From Pedobacter sp. (lineage in GTDB: Bacteria; Desulfobacterota; Desulfuromonadia; Desulfuromonadales; Syntrophotaleaceae), in NCBI GenBank assembly GCA_050253415.1, contig JBFWJC010000001.1, forward strand, positions 352,001 through 416,000: a stretch of DNA of 64,000 bases, given 5' to 3'. The position numbers and the translations under genes were made by a program. Within the stretch, counting starts at the first letter, position 1. Each line of letters starts with the position of its first letter. Positions 1 through 10,166 of the stretch are shown here, piece by piece. Under the pieces are notes generated by a model. That model saw only the letters and a program-made list of their open reading frames with translations, made no database searches and was not told the DNA's origin.

Positions 1-2125
1 AATCAGCACCACGAAAATCCAATGGCAGGGAAGATGCGTTATTTTCTGTGTGGTCAAGGACATCAGCGAGCGCAAGGTTCAGCAGCATAAACTGCAAAAT
101 GAACTTAGCCTCTGGCAGCTACTGATGGAGCGCACTAATGGTGGCATTGTCGTTGTTGATGGGGAAACATTGACGGTTCTGGAGGTCAATCCCGCGTTTG
201 CCGATATGCTCGGCTACCAGCCCGAGGAGATGCCCGGTATGCACCCTTGGGACTGGGACGCATGTCTCAGTCGTGCGGAGATAGAAGCGCATGCATCATC
301 CTTGCAGAAATCGCCTGAAGAACATTTTTTTGAAACGCGTATGAAGCGCAAAGATGGCACCCTGTGTGACGTGGAGGTCAATTCCATCGCCATGAGCTTG
401 GGTGAGCGAACGCACGTTTTTTGCCTCTGTCGCGACATCACGGAACGCTGCGAGGCTAACAAAGCGCTGCTTGACAGGGAACAGGAGTTTCGCAGCCTGG
501 CGGAGAATGCTCCCGATGCCATTGCCCGTTACGACCGCAAACACTGTCGAATTTATGTGAATCCTGCCCTGGAGCGGTTGCTCGGCAAAGATAAAAAGGC
601 TCTGCTTGGCCAGCCTGTCCAAAACGACGGGGCAGTGGATATGACAACCTATACCGCCGCGATCGAAGCTGTGTTTCAAACCGGTACCCAGCAAGAGACT
701 GAAGTTCGGTATCCCCATCTTAATGGCGAGATCGGCTGGTTTCATGCCCGCTTCGAACCGGAATTTGCCGAGAACGGATCGGTCAAGTCCGTACTGGTGA
801 TTATTCGCGATATCAGCGAGGTGGTGGCGCAACGGGAGCTGGCTCAGCATCTGGCGTTTACCGACGTTCTGACCGGCCTTCCGAACCGGGCCCTGTTCGA
901 AAAGCGTTTCCAGTCTGCCGCAGCCGTGGCAAAAAGCAACGGCTGCACTTTCGCCCTGCTGATGCTGGATATCGACCACTTCAAGGATGTCAACGATTCA
1001 CTGGGCCACAACTGCGGGGATCAGTTGTTGCGTCAGGTAACGGCACGGTTGTCCCATTGTGTCGGCGAATCCGACACCATCGCCCGTATGGGGGGAGATG
1101 AGTTCGCCATTCTGCTGACCGCGATTCATGGCATCGATGAGGCAACCAAGATTGCCGATCTGATTCTGGGCACATTGGCCCAGCCCTTTATCATCGAACG
1201 TCAGGAACTGTTTATTTCCGGCAGCATCGGTATGGCCTTTTTCCCCCGTGACAGCGTAAATCTCGATGAACTGTTCACTTTTGCCGATACGGCCATGTAC
1301 AGCGCCAAGCGCAAGGGGCGCAATAATTTTCAGTTTTATACCCAGGAACTCACCCGCTATGCGGCCGAGCGCTTATCCCTTGGCGCCTCGCTGCGCTATG
1401 CCTGTGTCAACCATGAACTGCAGCTTTTTTACCAGCCCAAGGTTCAGCTTGAGGATGGTCAGGTTGTCGGTGTGGAAGCTCTGCTGCGGTGGTGTCATCC
1501 GGAACTGGGCATGCTGGCGCCCGACCGGTTTATCAGTATCGCCGAGGAGACCGGACTCATTGTTGAAATCGGCGCATGGGTATTGAAAACCGCCTGCCGG
1601 GCGGCGGTGGATTTCAACCGGAACAGCCCGGTCCCGTTTAAGGTCGCGGTTAACCTCTCCTATAGGCAGTTTGTTCAAAACGATCTGGCCGGGACCGTCA
1701 AGACGATTTTGGACAGTACGGGGTGCCTGGGGGAATGGCTGGAATGCGAGATCACCGAAAGCCTGATGATCGAGGACAATCCGCAGGTGCGCAAGACTCT
1801 CGAAGCTTTGCGTGCTCTTGGTATATCCATCGCCATCGACGATTTCGGCACCGGTTATTCCGCCTTGAATTATCTCACCCGGTTTCCCGTCGACGTCCTT
1901 AAAATAGACCGCTCGTTTGTCAACGGCATCGACACCGATCCGCGCAAGGTCGGCCTGGTAAAGGTCTTCATTTCCCTGGGAACCAACTTGGATATGCAGA
2001 TTGTTGCGGAAGGAGTGGAAACCGTCGCCGAGTCGATGGTGCTGCAACAACTGGGCTGTGGCCTCGCCCAGGGTTATCTGTTCGGCAAGCCGCAGCCTTT
2101 TGATGCTTTGATCCAAACCCTGTAA
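1..2125 (+). CDS. PAS/PAC-GGDEF-EAL diguanylate cyclase/phosphodiesterase, 5'-truncated by the window
   Basis: The frame is open from position 2 (ISTTKIQWQGRCVIFCVVKDISERK, a PAC end). It has two further PAS/PAC domains, an intact ARMGGDEF, and the EAL motifs VEALLRW and IDDFGTGYS. Confidence 0.93.
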   Translation, partial: ISTTKIQWQGRCVIFCVVKDISERKVQQHKLQNELSLWQLLMERTNGGIVVVDGETLTVLEVNPAFADMLGYQPEEMPGMHPWDWDACLSRAEIEAHASSLQKSPEEHFFETRMKRKDGTLCDVEVNSIAMSLGERTHVFCLCRDITERCEANKALLDREQEFRSLAENAPDAIARYDRKHCRIYVNPALERLLGKDKKALLGQPVQNDGAVDMTTYTAAIEAVFQTGTQQETEVRYPHLNGEIGWFHARFEPEFAENGSVKSVLVIIRDISEVVAQRELAQHLAFTDVLTGLPNRALFEKRFQSAAAVAKSNGCTFALLMLDIDHFKDVNDSLGHNCGDQLLRQVTARLSHCVGESDTIARMGGDEFAILLTAIHGIDEATKIADLILGTLAQPFIIERQELFISGSIGMAFFPRDSVNLDELFTFADTAMYSAKRKGRNNFQFYTQELTRYAAERLSLGASLRYACVNHELQLFYQPKVQLEDGQVVGVEALLRWCHPELGMLAPDRFISIAEETGLIVEIGAWVLKTACRAAVDFNRNSPVPFKVAVNLSYRQFVQNDLAGTVKTILDSTGCLGEWLECEITESLMIEDNPQVRKTLEALRALGISIAIDDFGTGYSALNYLTRFPVDVLKIDRSFVNGIDTDPRKVGLVKVFISLGTNLDMQIVAEGVETVAESMVLQQLGCGLAQGYLFGKPQPFDALIQTL

Positions 2126-2417
2126 GCCGATCCTGCCGCCGGTCCGGGGCCTCGTTTCACGTCTGTGGTGCTTTATAGAATGCCCTGGATTGGCAGCGTA
2201 ACAGATCTTTCTCCCGGCCGGTAAAAGGTCACCCTCCCCCTCCGCAGACCTCGGCGCAGGTTTGTCGGCATAGCGACCCGCAAGCGAATATCCCGGATTC
2301 ATGCCCTTTTAACTGTTTTTACCCGAATGGTTTATGTATTCTTCGGGAAGACATTACGTTGCACTCGCTTGTTGACTCCGCCATGAATAATCGATCTTCA
2401 ACACAGGGAGAACCTGC

Positions 2418-2723
2418 ATGGACCCACTGGACAGGGACACAGCAAAAAAACTTTACAACCATTACCGTAAAAACCGGGATGGTATCCGTAACTGCCAGGA
2501 AATGGCCTCCATCTGCCTGATCTGCGAATCGATCCATATCGTCCCCGTGGAAGGCAATCCATATAAGCTCATTTGTCGCAACTGCGGCTTTGCTTTTTTC
2601 CGTTATGTATGCAGCGCCTGCGGAGCCACCATCGATGGGCGCGATCCCAAGAATCCCCCGTGTGAAAAGTGCGGCTTGAGGGTCTGCACCTGTGGGGCAT
2701 GCGATTGCCCGACAGACGCCTAG
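2418..2723 (+). CDS. Small Cys-rich multi-zinc-ribbon hypothetical protein
   Basis: GGGAG RBS upstream; 13 Cys in 101 aa, including four CxxC and two CxC. Confidence 0.75.
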   Translation: MDPLDRDTAKKLYNHYRKNRDGIRNCQEMASICLICESIHIVPVEGNPYKLICRNCGFAFFRYVCSACGATIDGRDPKNPPCEKCGLRVCTCGACDCPTDA

Positions 2724-2855
2724 AATTGCGAATCCGACCCGCTCAATGATACGAGTAACAGCAGGGCAACACGCTCTTTTCTTGAAATTTAATGGTTAAT
2801 GGTGAGCCTGGGACAACGAGACCCCGGCTGATTTTCAGGTGAAAAGGCCAGATGA

Positions 2856-4574
2856 ATGAATACACTGACACTCTTTGCAGTCGTGGCGGCATGGTTCTGC
2901 CTCGGCTATGTTATTTATGGCCGCTATCTGGCAAAACGATTGATCGGAGAGCAGGCGGACACGCCAACGCCCGCGCGCCGGCTTGAGGATGGTGTCGATT
3001 ATTGCCCGGCCAAAGTATCCTTTCTTTGGGGGCACCATTTTTCGTCCATCGCGGGAGCCGGACCGATTATCGGGCCGATCCTGGCGGTATCCTATTTCGG
3101 TTGGGGACCGGCGGTGTTGTGGATCGCTCTGGGCAGCCTGTTTATCGGTGCTGTGCACGATTATTTGGCATTGATGCTGTCGGTGCGCCATGGCGGCAAG
3201 GGGATGGCCGAAGTGGCGGCCGTTGTTATGGGGCAACGCACCCGTCTGCTGTTCGGGGTTTTGTTGTGGGTGACGCTGGTCTTTATCGTCACGGTGTTTG
3301 CCATCGGCGGTGCCCAGGCGTTGATTAACGATCCCCGGCTGTGCCTGCCCACTTTTGGGGTTTGCCTGGTGGCCATGGCCATGAGTCTGGCGGTATACCG
3401 GTTTCGGTTGCCGGCGTTGCCGGTGACCTTGATCGCCGTGCTCCTGACCTTTGGCCTGATTGCGGCAGGCTTTCACTATCCCCTGGTCCTGCCTGCGGCC
3501 TGGAGTCTGCAGACCAAACTGGGCGTCATGTTGACCTTGCTGTTCGGGTATTGTTTTCTGGCGTCATTGTTGCCGGTGTGGGTGCTGCTGCAACCGCGCG
3601 ATTTTCTATCGTCGGTGTTGCTGGGGCTCGGCCTGGTGTTGGGCGTGGGTGCTTTGATGATAGTGCCGGCACCGTTCAATGCGCCATTTTATCAGGCCGA
3701 CGCCAGCCGTCCGTTGTGGCCGATGCTGTTTATTACCCTGGCCTGCGGGGCGATAAGCGGGTATCACTGTATCGTCAGTTCCGGAACCACCGCCAAACAG
3801 CTTGCCAGTGAAAGACATGGCCGTCCGGTAGCGTTCGGCGGCATGTTGATGGAAGGTCTGCTGGCTCTGCTGGTGGTCATCATGGTGGGCGCCGGGCTCA
3901 AATGGGGCATGGCACCTGCGGGCAGCAATCCGATGGTCTTTTTTGGGGATTCCCTGCAAAAAGGCTGGATTGTCGCATTTGCCAACGGCTACGGCCGGAT
4001 CGTCGGTCAGGCTGGTTTCCCCTGGCTGACCGGTGCTTTCAGCGCCTTGCTGGGCGCGACCATGGTCAAAACCTTCGTCATGACGTCCCTCGATACCTCG
4101 ACCCGCCTGGGTCGCCTGATTTTTGTGGAGACATTTTTCCCCAGGGTGCCGTGGTTGAACAATCGTGCTGTAGCCACCCTGGCGCTGCTGCTGCCTTCTT
4201 ACTGGCTGGCCATGAGCAACAACTGGCAAACCCTGTGGAAAATGTTCGGCGCGTCCAACCAGTTGATCGCAGCCTTGACGTTGATGGTCGCCGGCACCTG
4301 GCTGGTCACACGGGGGCGGCCATCCTTGCCGGCGATGCTGCCGGCTTTGTTCATGGCGATTACCACCCTTACCGCATTGCTGTGGCAAGCATTCAAACCC
4401 GGCGGATTTTTTGCCCCGCAGGGTGGCAATCTGCTGCTTGGCGGCGTGGCTTTGCTGCTTTGTGCATTGGCGGTGAGTGTAGCAGTTGATGCGGTGACCA
4501 CCATCCTTTGCTCGGATGGCAAAAAAAAATCGGAAACCAACGCAGTTGTTCCCGTTTCAAGTTCAATGAATTAG
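2856..4574 (+). CDS. cstA: Carbon starvation protein A family transporter
   Basis: Motifs DGVDYCP, GHHFSSIAGAGPIIGP, LLQPRDFL, ACGAISGYH and TSLDTSTRLGR; many TM helices. Confidence 0.92.
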   Translation: MNTLTLFAVVAAWFCLGYVIYGRYLAKRLIGEQADTPTPARRLEDGVDYCPAKVSFLWGHHFSSIAGAGPIIGPILAVSYFGWGPAVLWIALGSLFIGAVHDYLALMLSVRHGGKGMAEVAAVVMGQRTRLLFGVLLWVTLVFIVTVFAIGGAQALINDPRLCLPTFGVCLVAMAMSLAVYRFRLPALPVTLIAVLLTFGLIAAGFHYPLVLPAAWSLQTKLGVMLTLLFGYCFLASLLPVWVLLQPRDFLSSVLLGLGLVLGVGALMIVPAPFNAPFYQADASRPLWPMLFITLACGAISGYHCIVSSGTTAKQLASERHGRPVAFGGMLMEGLLALLVVIMVGAGLKWGMAPAGSNPMVFFGDSLQKGWIVAFANGYGRIVGQAGFPWLTGAFSALLGATMVKTFVMTSLDTSTRLGRLIFVETFFPRVPWLNNRAVATLALLLPSYWLAMSNNWQTLWKMFGASNQLIAALTLMVAGTWLVTRGRPSLPAMLPALFMAITTLTALLWQAFKPGGFFAPQGGNLLLGGVALLLCALAVSVAVDAVTTILCSDGKKKSETNAVVPVSSSMN

Positions 4575-4688
4575 CAGTCTGTCGGTTTTGGGGAAAATAG
4601 GGGCAGAATAAAACCCTCAAGGTTTCTCTGTATGCACCACACAAACTCTGAGTGCTAAACAGCGCGTCTCCATCAAAAGGAGGCTGTT

Positions 4689-5390
4689 ATGAAACTCCGT
4701 CCAAGCGTATCGGTTAGTGGTTTTTTGATCGTGATTTTGTCGCTGTTTGGGCAGGTGCTTCTGGCGGAAAATCTGCCCGAGGGGTTTGTCGATGTATGCA
4801 CTGTGATTCCGGGACTGCAAATGGAATTGCGCTATCTGGGGGAGCATAATTTTCTTGGGGAGCAGGTGGATGGCTATGTGGCCGAGCGCTGTATCCTGAC
4901 GGCCGAGGCTGCTGCCGCTCTGAAAGGAGTGCAGGATGATTTAAAGCCCTTTGGGTTGGGGGTGAAAATCTTCGATGCCTATCGTCCTAAACGTGCGGTG
5001 AGCCATTTTGTGCGCTGGGCGCGCGATCTGACCGATACCCGTACGAAGGCTGACTTTTATCCAGCTGTGGAAAAAAAAGATCTGTTTCGGCTTGGGTATA
5101 TCGCCGATAAATCCAGCCATAGTCGCGGCAGTACCGTTGATCTGACGATTGTAGCCCGGGGCGGTGGGCAAGGTTTTCGCGAGCTGGACATGGGCACCGG
5201 GTTCGATCTTTTCAGTCCGGACTCCTGGCCAGTCAGTTCCGCCGTTAACGCGGAGCAGCGGGCCCATCGGTTGTTGCTGCGGTCACTGATGATCCTGCAC
5301 GGATTTGTGCCCTATGAGCAGGAATGGTGGCATTTCACCTTGGCGCAGGAGCCTTATCCCGATACCTATTTTGACTTTCCTGTGCAGTGA
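4689..5390 (+). CDS. D-alanyl-D-alanine dipeptidase (VanX/DdpX family, M15D) with signal peptide
   Basis: DAYRP, SSHSRGSTVD, DMGTGFD and EWWHF motifs; AGGAGG RBS. Confidence 0.92.
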   Translation: MKLRPSVSVSGFLIVILSLFGQVLLAENLPEGFVDVCTVIPGLQMELRYLGEHNFLGEQVDGYVAERCILTAEAAAALKGVQDDLKPFGLGVKIFDAYRPKRAVSHFVRWARDLTDTRTKADFYPAVEKKDLFRLGYIADKSSHSRGSTVDLTIVARGGGQGFRELDMGTGFDLFSPDSWPVSSAVNAEQRAHRLLLRSLMILHGFVPYEQEWWHFTLAQEPYPDTYFDFPVQ

Positions 5391-5782
5391 TATGGTATTG
5401 ATGGCATCGCAAAAAGGCGGTTCTACGGCGTTGCGGGGGGGGGGGGGAGCTGGTTCTCGACAGGCTCCTAAACCTGTCTTCGTTTCTGAAAAATACCAGG
5501 CCTGGTAGGACGTCGGAGCAGAAATCCCTGTTCCCCACCTCAGGTATCTCCCAAAGTCCGCCTCACTGCGTCGCAGCACTAAACCCTCAACGTCTGATCA
5601 TCCATCCCATAAGCTTGTGTATACCCCAAAAGATTACCCCTTGAAATACCCTGCGGTTCCTTGCCAAAGCAGGATAAACGCGGGACACTCTTATTAAGAC
5701 AGGCCGGTTTTGGAGCGGTTGTCCGCGTTGGACTATAAGGGTTTGCCGGGGATGCCGGCCAAGGGTTGAAAACGGAGGCGCT

Positions 5783-6826
5783 ATGGATAAGGGCCACCAG
5801 GAGAACGATGCGCTGCATAAAGGTGCCGGAGGTATGAACGGTGAGGCCGGATCCTGCCGGGTGGGGCCGGAGTCCGACTCCGAAGTTGAATTGCTGGATG
5901 CCTATTCGCGGGCGGTCATCACGGTGGCGGAGGCGGTAGGTCCTGCCGTGGTTGGGGTGTTTGCCGGCAAGGGGATGCGGGGCGGCGCCGCCGAGCCCGC
6001 CGGTGCCGGCTCCGGAGTCATCATCGCGCCGGACGGTTATATCCTCACCAACGATCATGTGGTGCAGGCTGCAACGCACCTTACCGTGATCCTGCAGGAC
6101 GGCACCTGTCTGGAAGCGACCCGGGTCGGTGCCGATCCGGCCACCGACCTGGCGGTGCTGCGTGCCGAAGGATCCGGTTTGCCTTACGTCGGCATGGGGG
6201 AATCAAAGCATTTACGGGTCGGACAGCTGGTGATCGCCATCGGCAACCCCTTCGGTTTTTCATCCACGGTGTCCACCGGGGTGGTGAGTGCGCTCGGACG
6301 GGCCCTGCGCAGCCGTGAAGGGCGTTTGATCGAAAACATCATCCAACATACCGCGCCACTTAATCCGGGCAATTCGGGTGGCCCGCTGGTTGACGCCCAC
6401 GGTCTGCTGGTGGGGGTGAATACCGCGATTATTGCCCAGGCCCAGGGGATCGGATTTGCTATTCCGGCAGCTACCGCTCGCCTGGTGGTCGCAGAGTTGA
6501 TGATCCACGGCCGGGTGCGACGGGCTCACCTCGGTCTGGTCGGCCAGCCGCGCCCTCTGCCCCGTGCCCTGGCGCGCCGACTCCACCTGAAGGAAGCGGC
6601 CGCCGTTGAAGTGGCAGCGCTTGATCCGCACGGGCCAGCTGCCCGGGCCGGCCTTTGCAAGGGCGATCTGATCATCTTTCTTGGCGGTCAGCCTATCTCC
6701 AGCATCGACGATATCCACCATCTGCTGGCCGAGTGGACGATCGGCGAACCGCTGCCGGTGGTCATCCTGCGCGGCGATGAGCAAAGAGATTTCCAGTTGG
6801 TGCCGATGGACGCTTCCGGAACCTGA
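5783..6826 (+). CDS. HtrA/DegQ-like trypsin serine protease with one PDZ domain
   Basis: GSGVII, LTNDHVV, DLAVL and NPGNSGGPL; C-terminal PDZ domain. Confidence 0.93.
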   Translation: MDKGHQENDALHKGAGGMNGEAGSCRVGPESDSEVELLDAYSRAVITVAEAVGPAVVGVFAGKGMRGGAAEPAGAGSGVIIAPDGYILTNDHVVQAATHLTVILQDGTCLEATRVGADPATDLAVLRAEGSGLPYVGMGESKHLRVGQLVIAIGNPFGFSSTVSTGVVSALGRALRSREGRLIENIIQHTAPLNPGNSGGPLVDAHGLLVGVNTAIIAQAQGIGFAIPAATARLVVAELMIHGRVRRAHLGLVGQPRPLPRALARRLHLKEAAAVEVAALDPHGPAARAGLCKGDLIIFLGGQPISSIDDIHHLLAEWTIGEPLPVVILRGDEQRDFQLVPMDASGT

Positions 6827-6910
6827 CACTTATTCCACAACGAGGCATGTGCCATATCCCCACCCCGATCTTTTCCGGTTGCTTATGTATCGGCTATTGC
6901 AGAGCTGCGC

Positions 6911-7182
6911 TCAGACGCGCTGGGCCTGCTCCAGGTCATAGCTGCGGACCACCAGCACGGGGATGGTCAGGTCATGCCGCACGGCCGTTACGGTCTGGCC
7001 GAATACCAGGTCGTCCAGTCCGCGATGCCGCCCCAGTCCGGTTTGACAAGGTAAACCTCGCTGACGAGGTAGGCCTGGCCCACAAATGCCAGCAGCCTGC
7101 GATATCAGCCTCTTTTTTTGACCACGATTTTTGGGCCGTAATCGTCGTTGTGGTTCGGGCCGTTGGAGGAGAGGTTGTCCAT
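6911..7182 (-). pseudogene. mntH: Collapsed remnant of an Nramp/MntH Mn2+ transporter with C-terminal universal stress protein domain
   Basis: Reads MDNLSS...KKRG*YRRLLAFVGQAYLVS, then EVYLVKPDWGGIA, then in another frame HRGLDDLVFGQTVTAVRHDLTIPVLVVRS. These are three normally distant MntH-USP segments. Internal TGA at 7107-7105. Confidence 0.75.
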
Positions 7183-7400
7183 GGGGATTCACCCTGATTG
7201 GGGCGAGGAGAGTTATAGTTTGAAGGTGTAGATCCGGCTTGCACGGAAAACATCTGTAAAAAATACTATAGAAATTTGCCAAATCAGCAGAAATGATGAA
7301 TTGATAGACGTTTTACGAAACACCGGGAAGCAACTCAACTGGGCGAAACCTGCAGGAAGGGGCCTGGTTAACAAACTGCCGTTATCCTCCGGAGAAACTT

Positions 7401-7853
7401 ATGTCTGCATGTCATGACTCTTTTTGGAGCTGTATGCCAGGGCACATCAGGGACCGCTTGGTCTGGAGTTTATGGTTCATTACGTGGCTCGGTTTGCTGG
7501 CGGGGTTGTTTTATCGGATTTTCTATGATTATGTGGTTTTTCTTTCCGCCATTCACGCCTTGTGCTTTATATTTCTGCTTCGGTTTCAGGTAACAGCATT
7601 CCCGGTCCAAGTCAGGATCGCGTATTTTGTCTGGGTCGCCGTCGGGACCTATGTCCCCCATATGACCATTCTGTTGTACATCACTACGGTAGGACTGGCG
7701 ACCAACCTTTTCCTCGGTTATTGTCCGTTGGCGCGGATGCTGTATCTTTTGCCCTGGAATCGGGAGGAGCCCTTATCTATTGGACTTTTGGCACGGGTCT
7801 TTTTTACTCCGCCTGTTGCCGGTCGATTCAAGCCGCGTCCCTTAAAAGAATAA
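7401..7853 (+). CDS. Hypothetical integral membrane protein (about 4 TM)
   Basis: GGAG RBS, hydrophobic helices and a LGYCPLARML motif. Confidence 0.7.
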   Translation: MSACHDSFWSCMPGHIRDRLVWSLWFITWLGLLAGLFYRIFYDYVVFLSAIHALCFIFLLRFQVTAFPVQVRIAYFVWVAVGTYVPHMTILLYITTVGLATNLFLGYCPLARMLYLLPWNREEPLSIGLLARVFFTPPVAGRFKPRPLKE

Positions 7854-7905
7854 GGAGAGGCGATGCAAAAAAGATTTTCATGGTATCGTTTGCTGCAGGG
7901 AATGC

Positions 7906-8640
7906 ATGAAATATACAAAGGACAGGGCCTATCTTATGACCTCCCGGGCAATAACCGAACATCTGCAGCATTTGGCCGATCCTCAGACAGCCGATCAGTC
8001 CCGCCGGTTTTTCAAGACCGCCAAGGGTCAATACGGGTACGGAGACATTTTTCTGGGGATCAAGGTGCCAGTAGTGCGCCAAGCGGTAAAGAAGTACAAA
8101 AATGTGCCGTCAGGTGTGGCCTTCGAGCTGCTGAAATCCGCTTTCCACGAGGTCCGGTTATTCGCCCTGCTGCTGATGGTGGAGCGTTTTTCCCAAGGGA
8201 GCGCCGGGGAGCGGGAGGATATCTATCATGCCTACCTGGCCCATACCCGGTATATCAATAATTGGGATCTGGTGGACAGTTCCGCCTATCACATTGTCGG
8301 CGCTTACCTGGAAAACCGCGATACATCGGTGTTGGATGAGCTGGCCAGGTCCGATTCGCTCTGGGAACGGCGCATAGCCATCATCGCGACGTTTTGTTTC
8401 ATCAAGAAAAACCGGTTTGGCGAAACTTTGCGTATGGCAGAGCAATTGATTGGTGATCGGGAAGACCTGATCCACAAGGCCGTAGGCTGGATGCTGCGCG
8501 AGGTGGGAAAACGCGACCTGAATGCGGAAGTATGCTTTTTAAAGGCGCATTGCCGGAGCATGCCACGGACCATGCTCCGGTATGCCATCGAGAAATTCAG
8601 CCCACAAGATCGACGGAAATATCTGAACGGGGAGATATGA
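7906..8640 (+). CDS. DNA alkylation repair protein (AlkD-like)
   Basis: NNWDLVD, LWERRIAII, IHKAVGWMLREVGKR and RTMLRYAIEK. Confidence 0.9.
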   Translation: MKYTKDRAYLMTSRAITEHLQHLADPQTADQSRRFFKTAKGQYGYGDIFLGIKVPVVRQAVKKYKNVPSGVAFELLKSAFHEVRLFALLLMVERFSQGSAGEREDIYHAYLAHTRYINNWDLVDSSAYHIVGAYLENRDTSVLDELARSDSLWERRIAIIATFCFIKKNRFGETLRMAEQLIGDREDLIHKAVGWMLREVGKRDLNAEVCFLKAHCRSMPRTMLRYAIEKFSPQDRRKYLNGEI

Positions 8641-8754
8641 TGACCTGCTTCTCTGATTCCAAAGTCGCCACTGGTCCCGCCCCATTATCTCGACACTCTA
8701 CTTTTTGAGCTTACCCATAACTTGGACAGGGCCTGACGGATATGTGCCCTTTTC

Positions 8755-10158
8755 TCAACCTAGATAATCCCCTATCCTTTTGCTCCCAGACTTACCGTCA
8801 CCCATGGCCAGTATGACCGTTGCGCCACCGCGAACGATGTCCCCCCCTGCGAAGACGCCGGGCAGATTGGTGGCACTGTTTTCATCGGTTTCAATGTTAC
8901 CCCATTTATTCAGTTTCAACTCCGGAGCGGTCGTGGTCAGCAAAGGATTGGCGCGGGTTCCGATGGCGTTGACCACCACATCGACTTCCAGAACGAAGGT
9001 GTCGTCCTCGATGGGCACCGGCCGACGGCGCCCGGAGGCATCGGGTTCTCCGAGTTCCATGCGCTGGCAGAGCAGGCCTTTGACCCAGCCGTTTTCATCC
9101 CCGAGGATTTCCAGGGGGGCCGCCAGCAAAATAAATTCGATCCCTTCTTCCTTGGCATGATGGCTTTCTTCGATCCGTGCCGGCATTTCCTTCTCGGTGC
9201 GCCGGTAAAGGATGATGGAGCGCTCCGCGCCCAGCCGTCGGGAGGTGCGTACAGCGTCCATGGCGGTGTTGCCGCCGCCGATGACCGCGACCCGTTTGCC
9301 GCGGATGATCGGCGTAGGCACATCATCACGCCAGGCGGCCATCAGGTTGACCCGGGTCAGATATTCGTTGGCGGAGTAGACGCCCTTGAGATTTTCGCCA
9401 TCGATGTTCAACATGACCGGTAATCCGGCGCCGTTACCGATAAAGACGGCGTTGAACTCCTCCCGCAGTTCATCGAGGGTCACCGTTTTGCCGACCACCA
9501 CATTGCACTCGATCTCAACGCCGAGATCTTTGAGTCGCTCTACCTCGATATCGACGATACACTTTGGCAGGCGAAATTCGGGGATGCCATAGCGCAACAC
9601 GCCGCCGGTATCATGCAGGGCCTCGAAAAGGGTCACGGCGTGCCCCTTGCGGGCCAATTCGCCGGCCATGGTGAGTCCGGCGGGACCCGATCCGACAATG
9701 GCGACTTTGTGTCCGGTGGGTGACGGCCGTTCTTCTCTGTGCAGTTTGTCGGGGTGCGCCAAGGCCCAGTCGGCAACAAACCTTTCCAGGTACCCGATGG
9801 CCACCGGGGCACCTTTGGAACCGCGCACGCAGACCTGCTCGCATTGGGTCTCCTGGGGGCAGACCCGGCCACATACGGCCGGCAGGGTGTTGTCAGCCAG
9901 CAGGATACGTGCGGCTTCGGGCAGGTCACCCGCGGCCAGGGCGGCGATAAATTCCGGGATGCGCACCCGCACCGGACAGCCGGCGACACAGGGACGGGAT
10001 TTACACAGCAGGCAACGCTGGGCTTCGCGCATGGCCAGTTCTTCGGTGAGCCCCCGGTTGACTTCCTCGAAGTTGCCAATACGGCGGCCGGGGTCCTGTT
10101 CGGGCATTTTTACCCGTTCAATAGCCATGCGTTCCTTGGGAGTCAGATCTTTTTTCAT
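8755..10158 (-). CDS. nfnB: NfnB, large subunit of NADH-dependent ferredoxin:NADP+ oxidoreductase (GltD-like)
   Basis: CLLC...CVAGCP and CGRVCPQETQCE Fe-S motifs; GSGPAG and GGGNTAMD; adjacent to nfnA with no gltB nearby. Confidence 0.88.
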   Translation of the reverse strand: MKKDLTPKERMAIERVKMPEQDPGRRIGNFEEVNRGLTEELAMREAQRCLLCKSRPCVAGCPVRVRIPEFIAALAAGDLPEAARILLADNTLPAVCGRVCPQETQCEQVCVRGSKGAPVAIGYLERFVADWALAHPDKLHREERPSPTGHKVAIVGSGPAGLTMAGELARKGHAVTLFEALHDTGGVLRYGIPEFRLPKCIVDIEVERLKDLGVEIECNVVVGKTVTLDELREEFNAVFIGNGAGLPVMLNIDGENLKGVYSANEYLTRVNLMAAWRDDVPTPIIRGKRVAVIGGGNTAMDAVRTSRRLGAERSIILYRRTEKEMPARIEESHHAKEEGIEFILLAAPLEILGDENGWVKGLLCQRMELGEPDASGRRRPVPIEDDTFVLEVDVVVNAIGTRANPLLTTTAPELKLNKWGNIETDENSATNLPGVFAGGDIVRGGATVILAMGDGKSGSKRIGDYLG

Positions 10159-10166
10159 GATGTATA

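Noticed and set aside
2126..2417. Possible c-di-GMP riboswitch after the GGDEF-EAL gene
   Set aside because: No GEMM core (GGCAAAC...GAAA...GACGCAAAGC) on either strand.
4689..5390. Vancomycin-resistance cluster
   Set aside because: An isolated VanX-family gene with a signal peptide and no vanA/H/R/S genes.
8755..10158. Glutamate synthase small subunit (gltD)
   Set aside because: No large subunit is nearby, and pairing with an NfnA-type gene favours NfnB.
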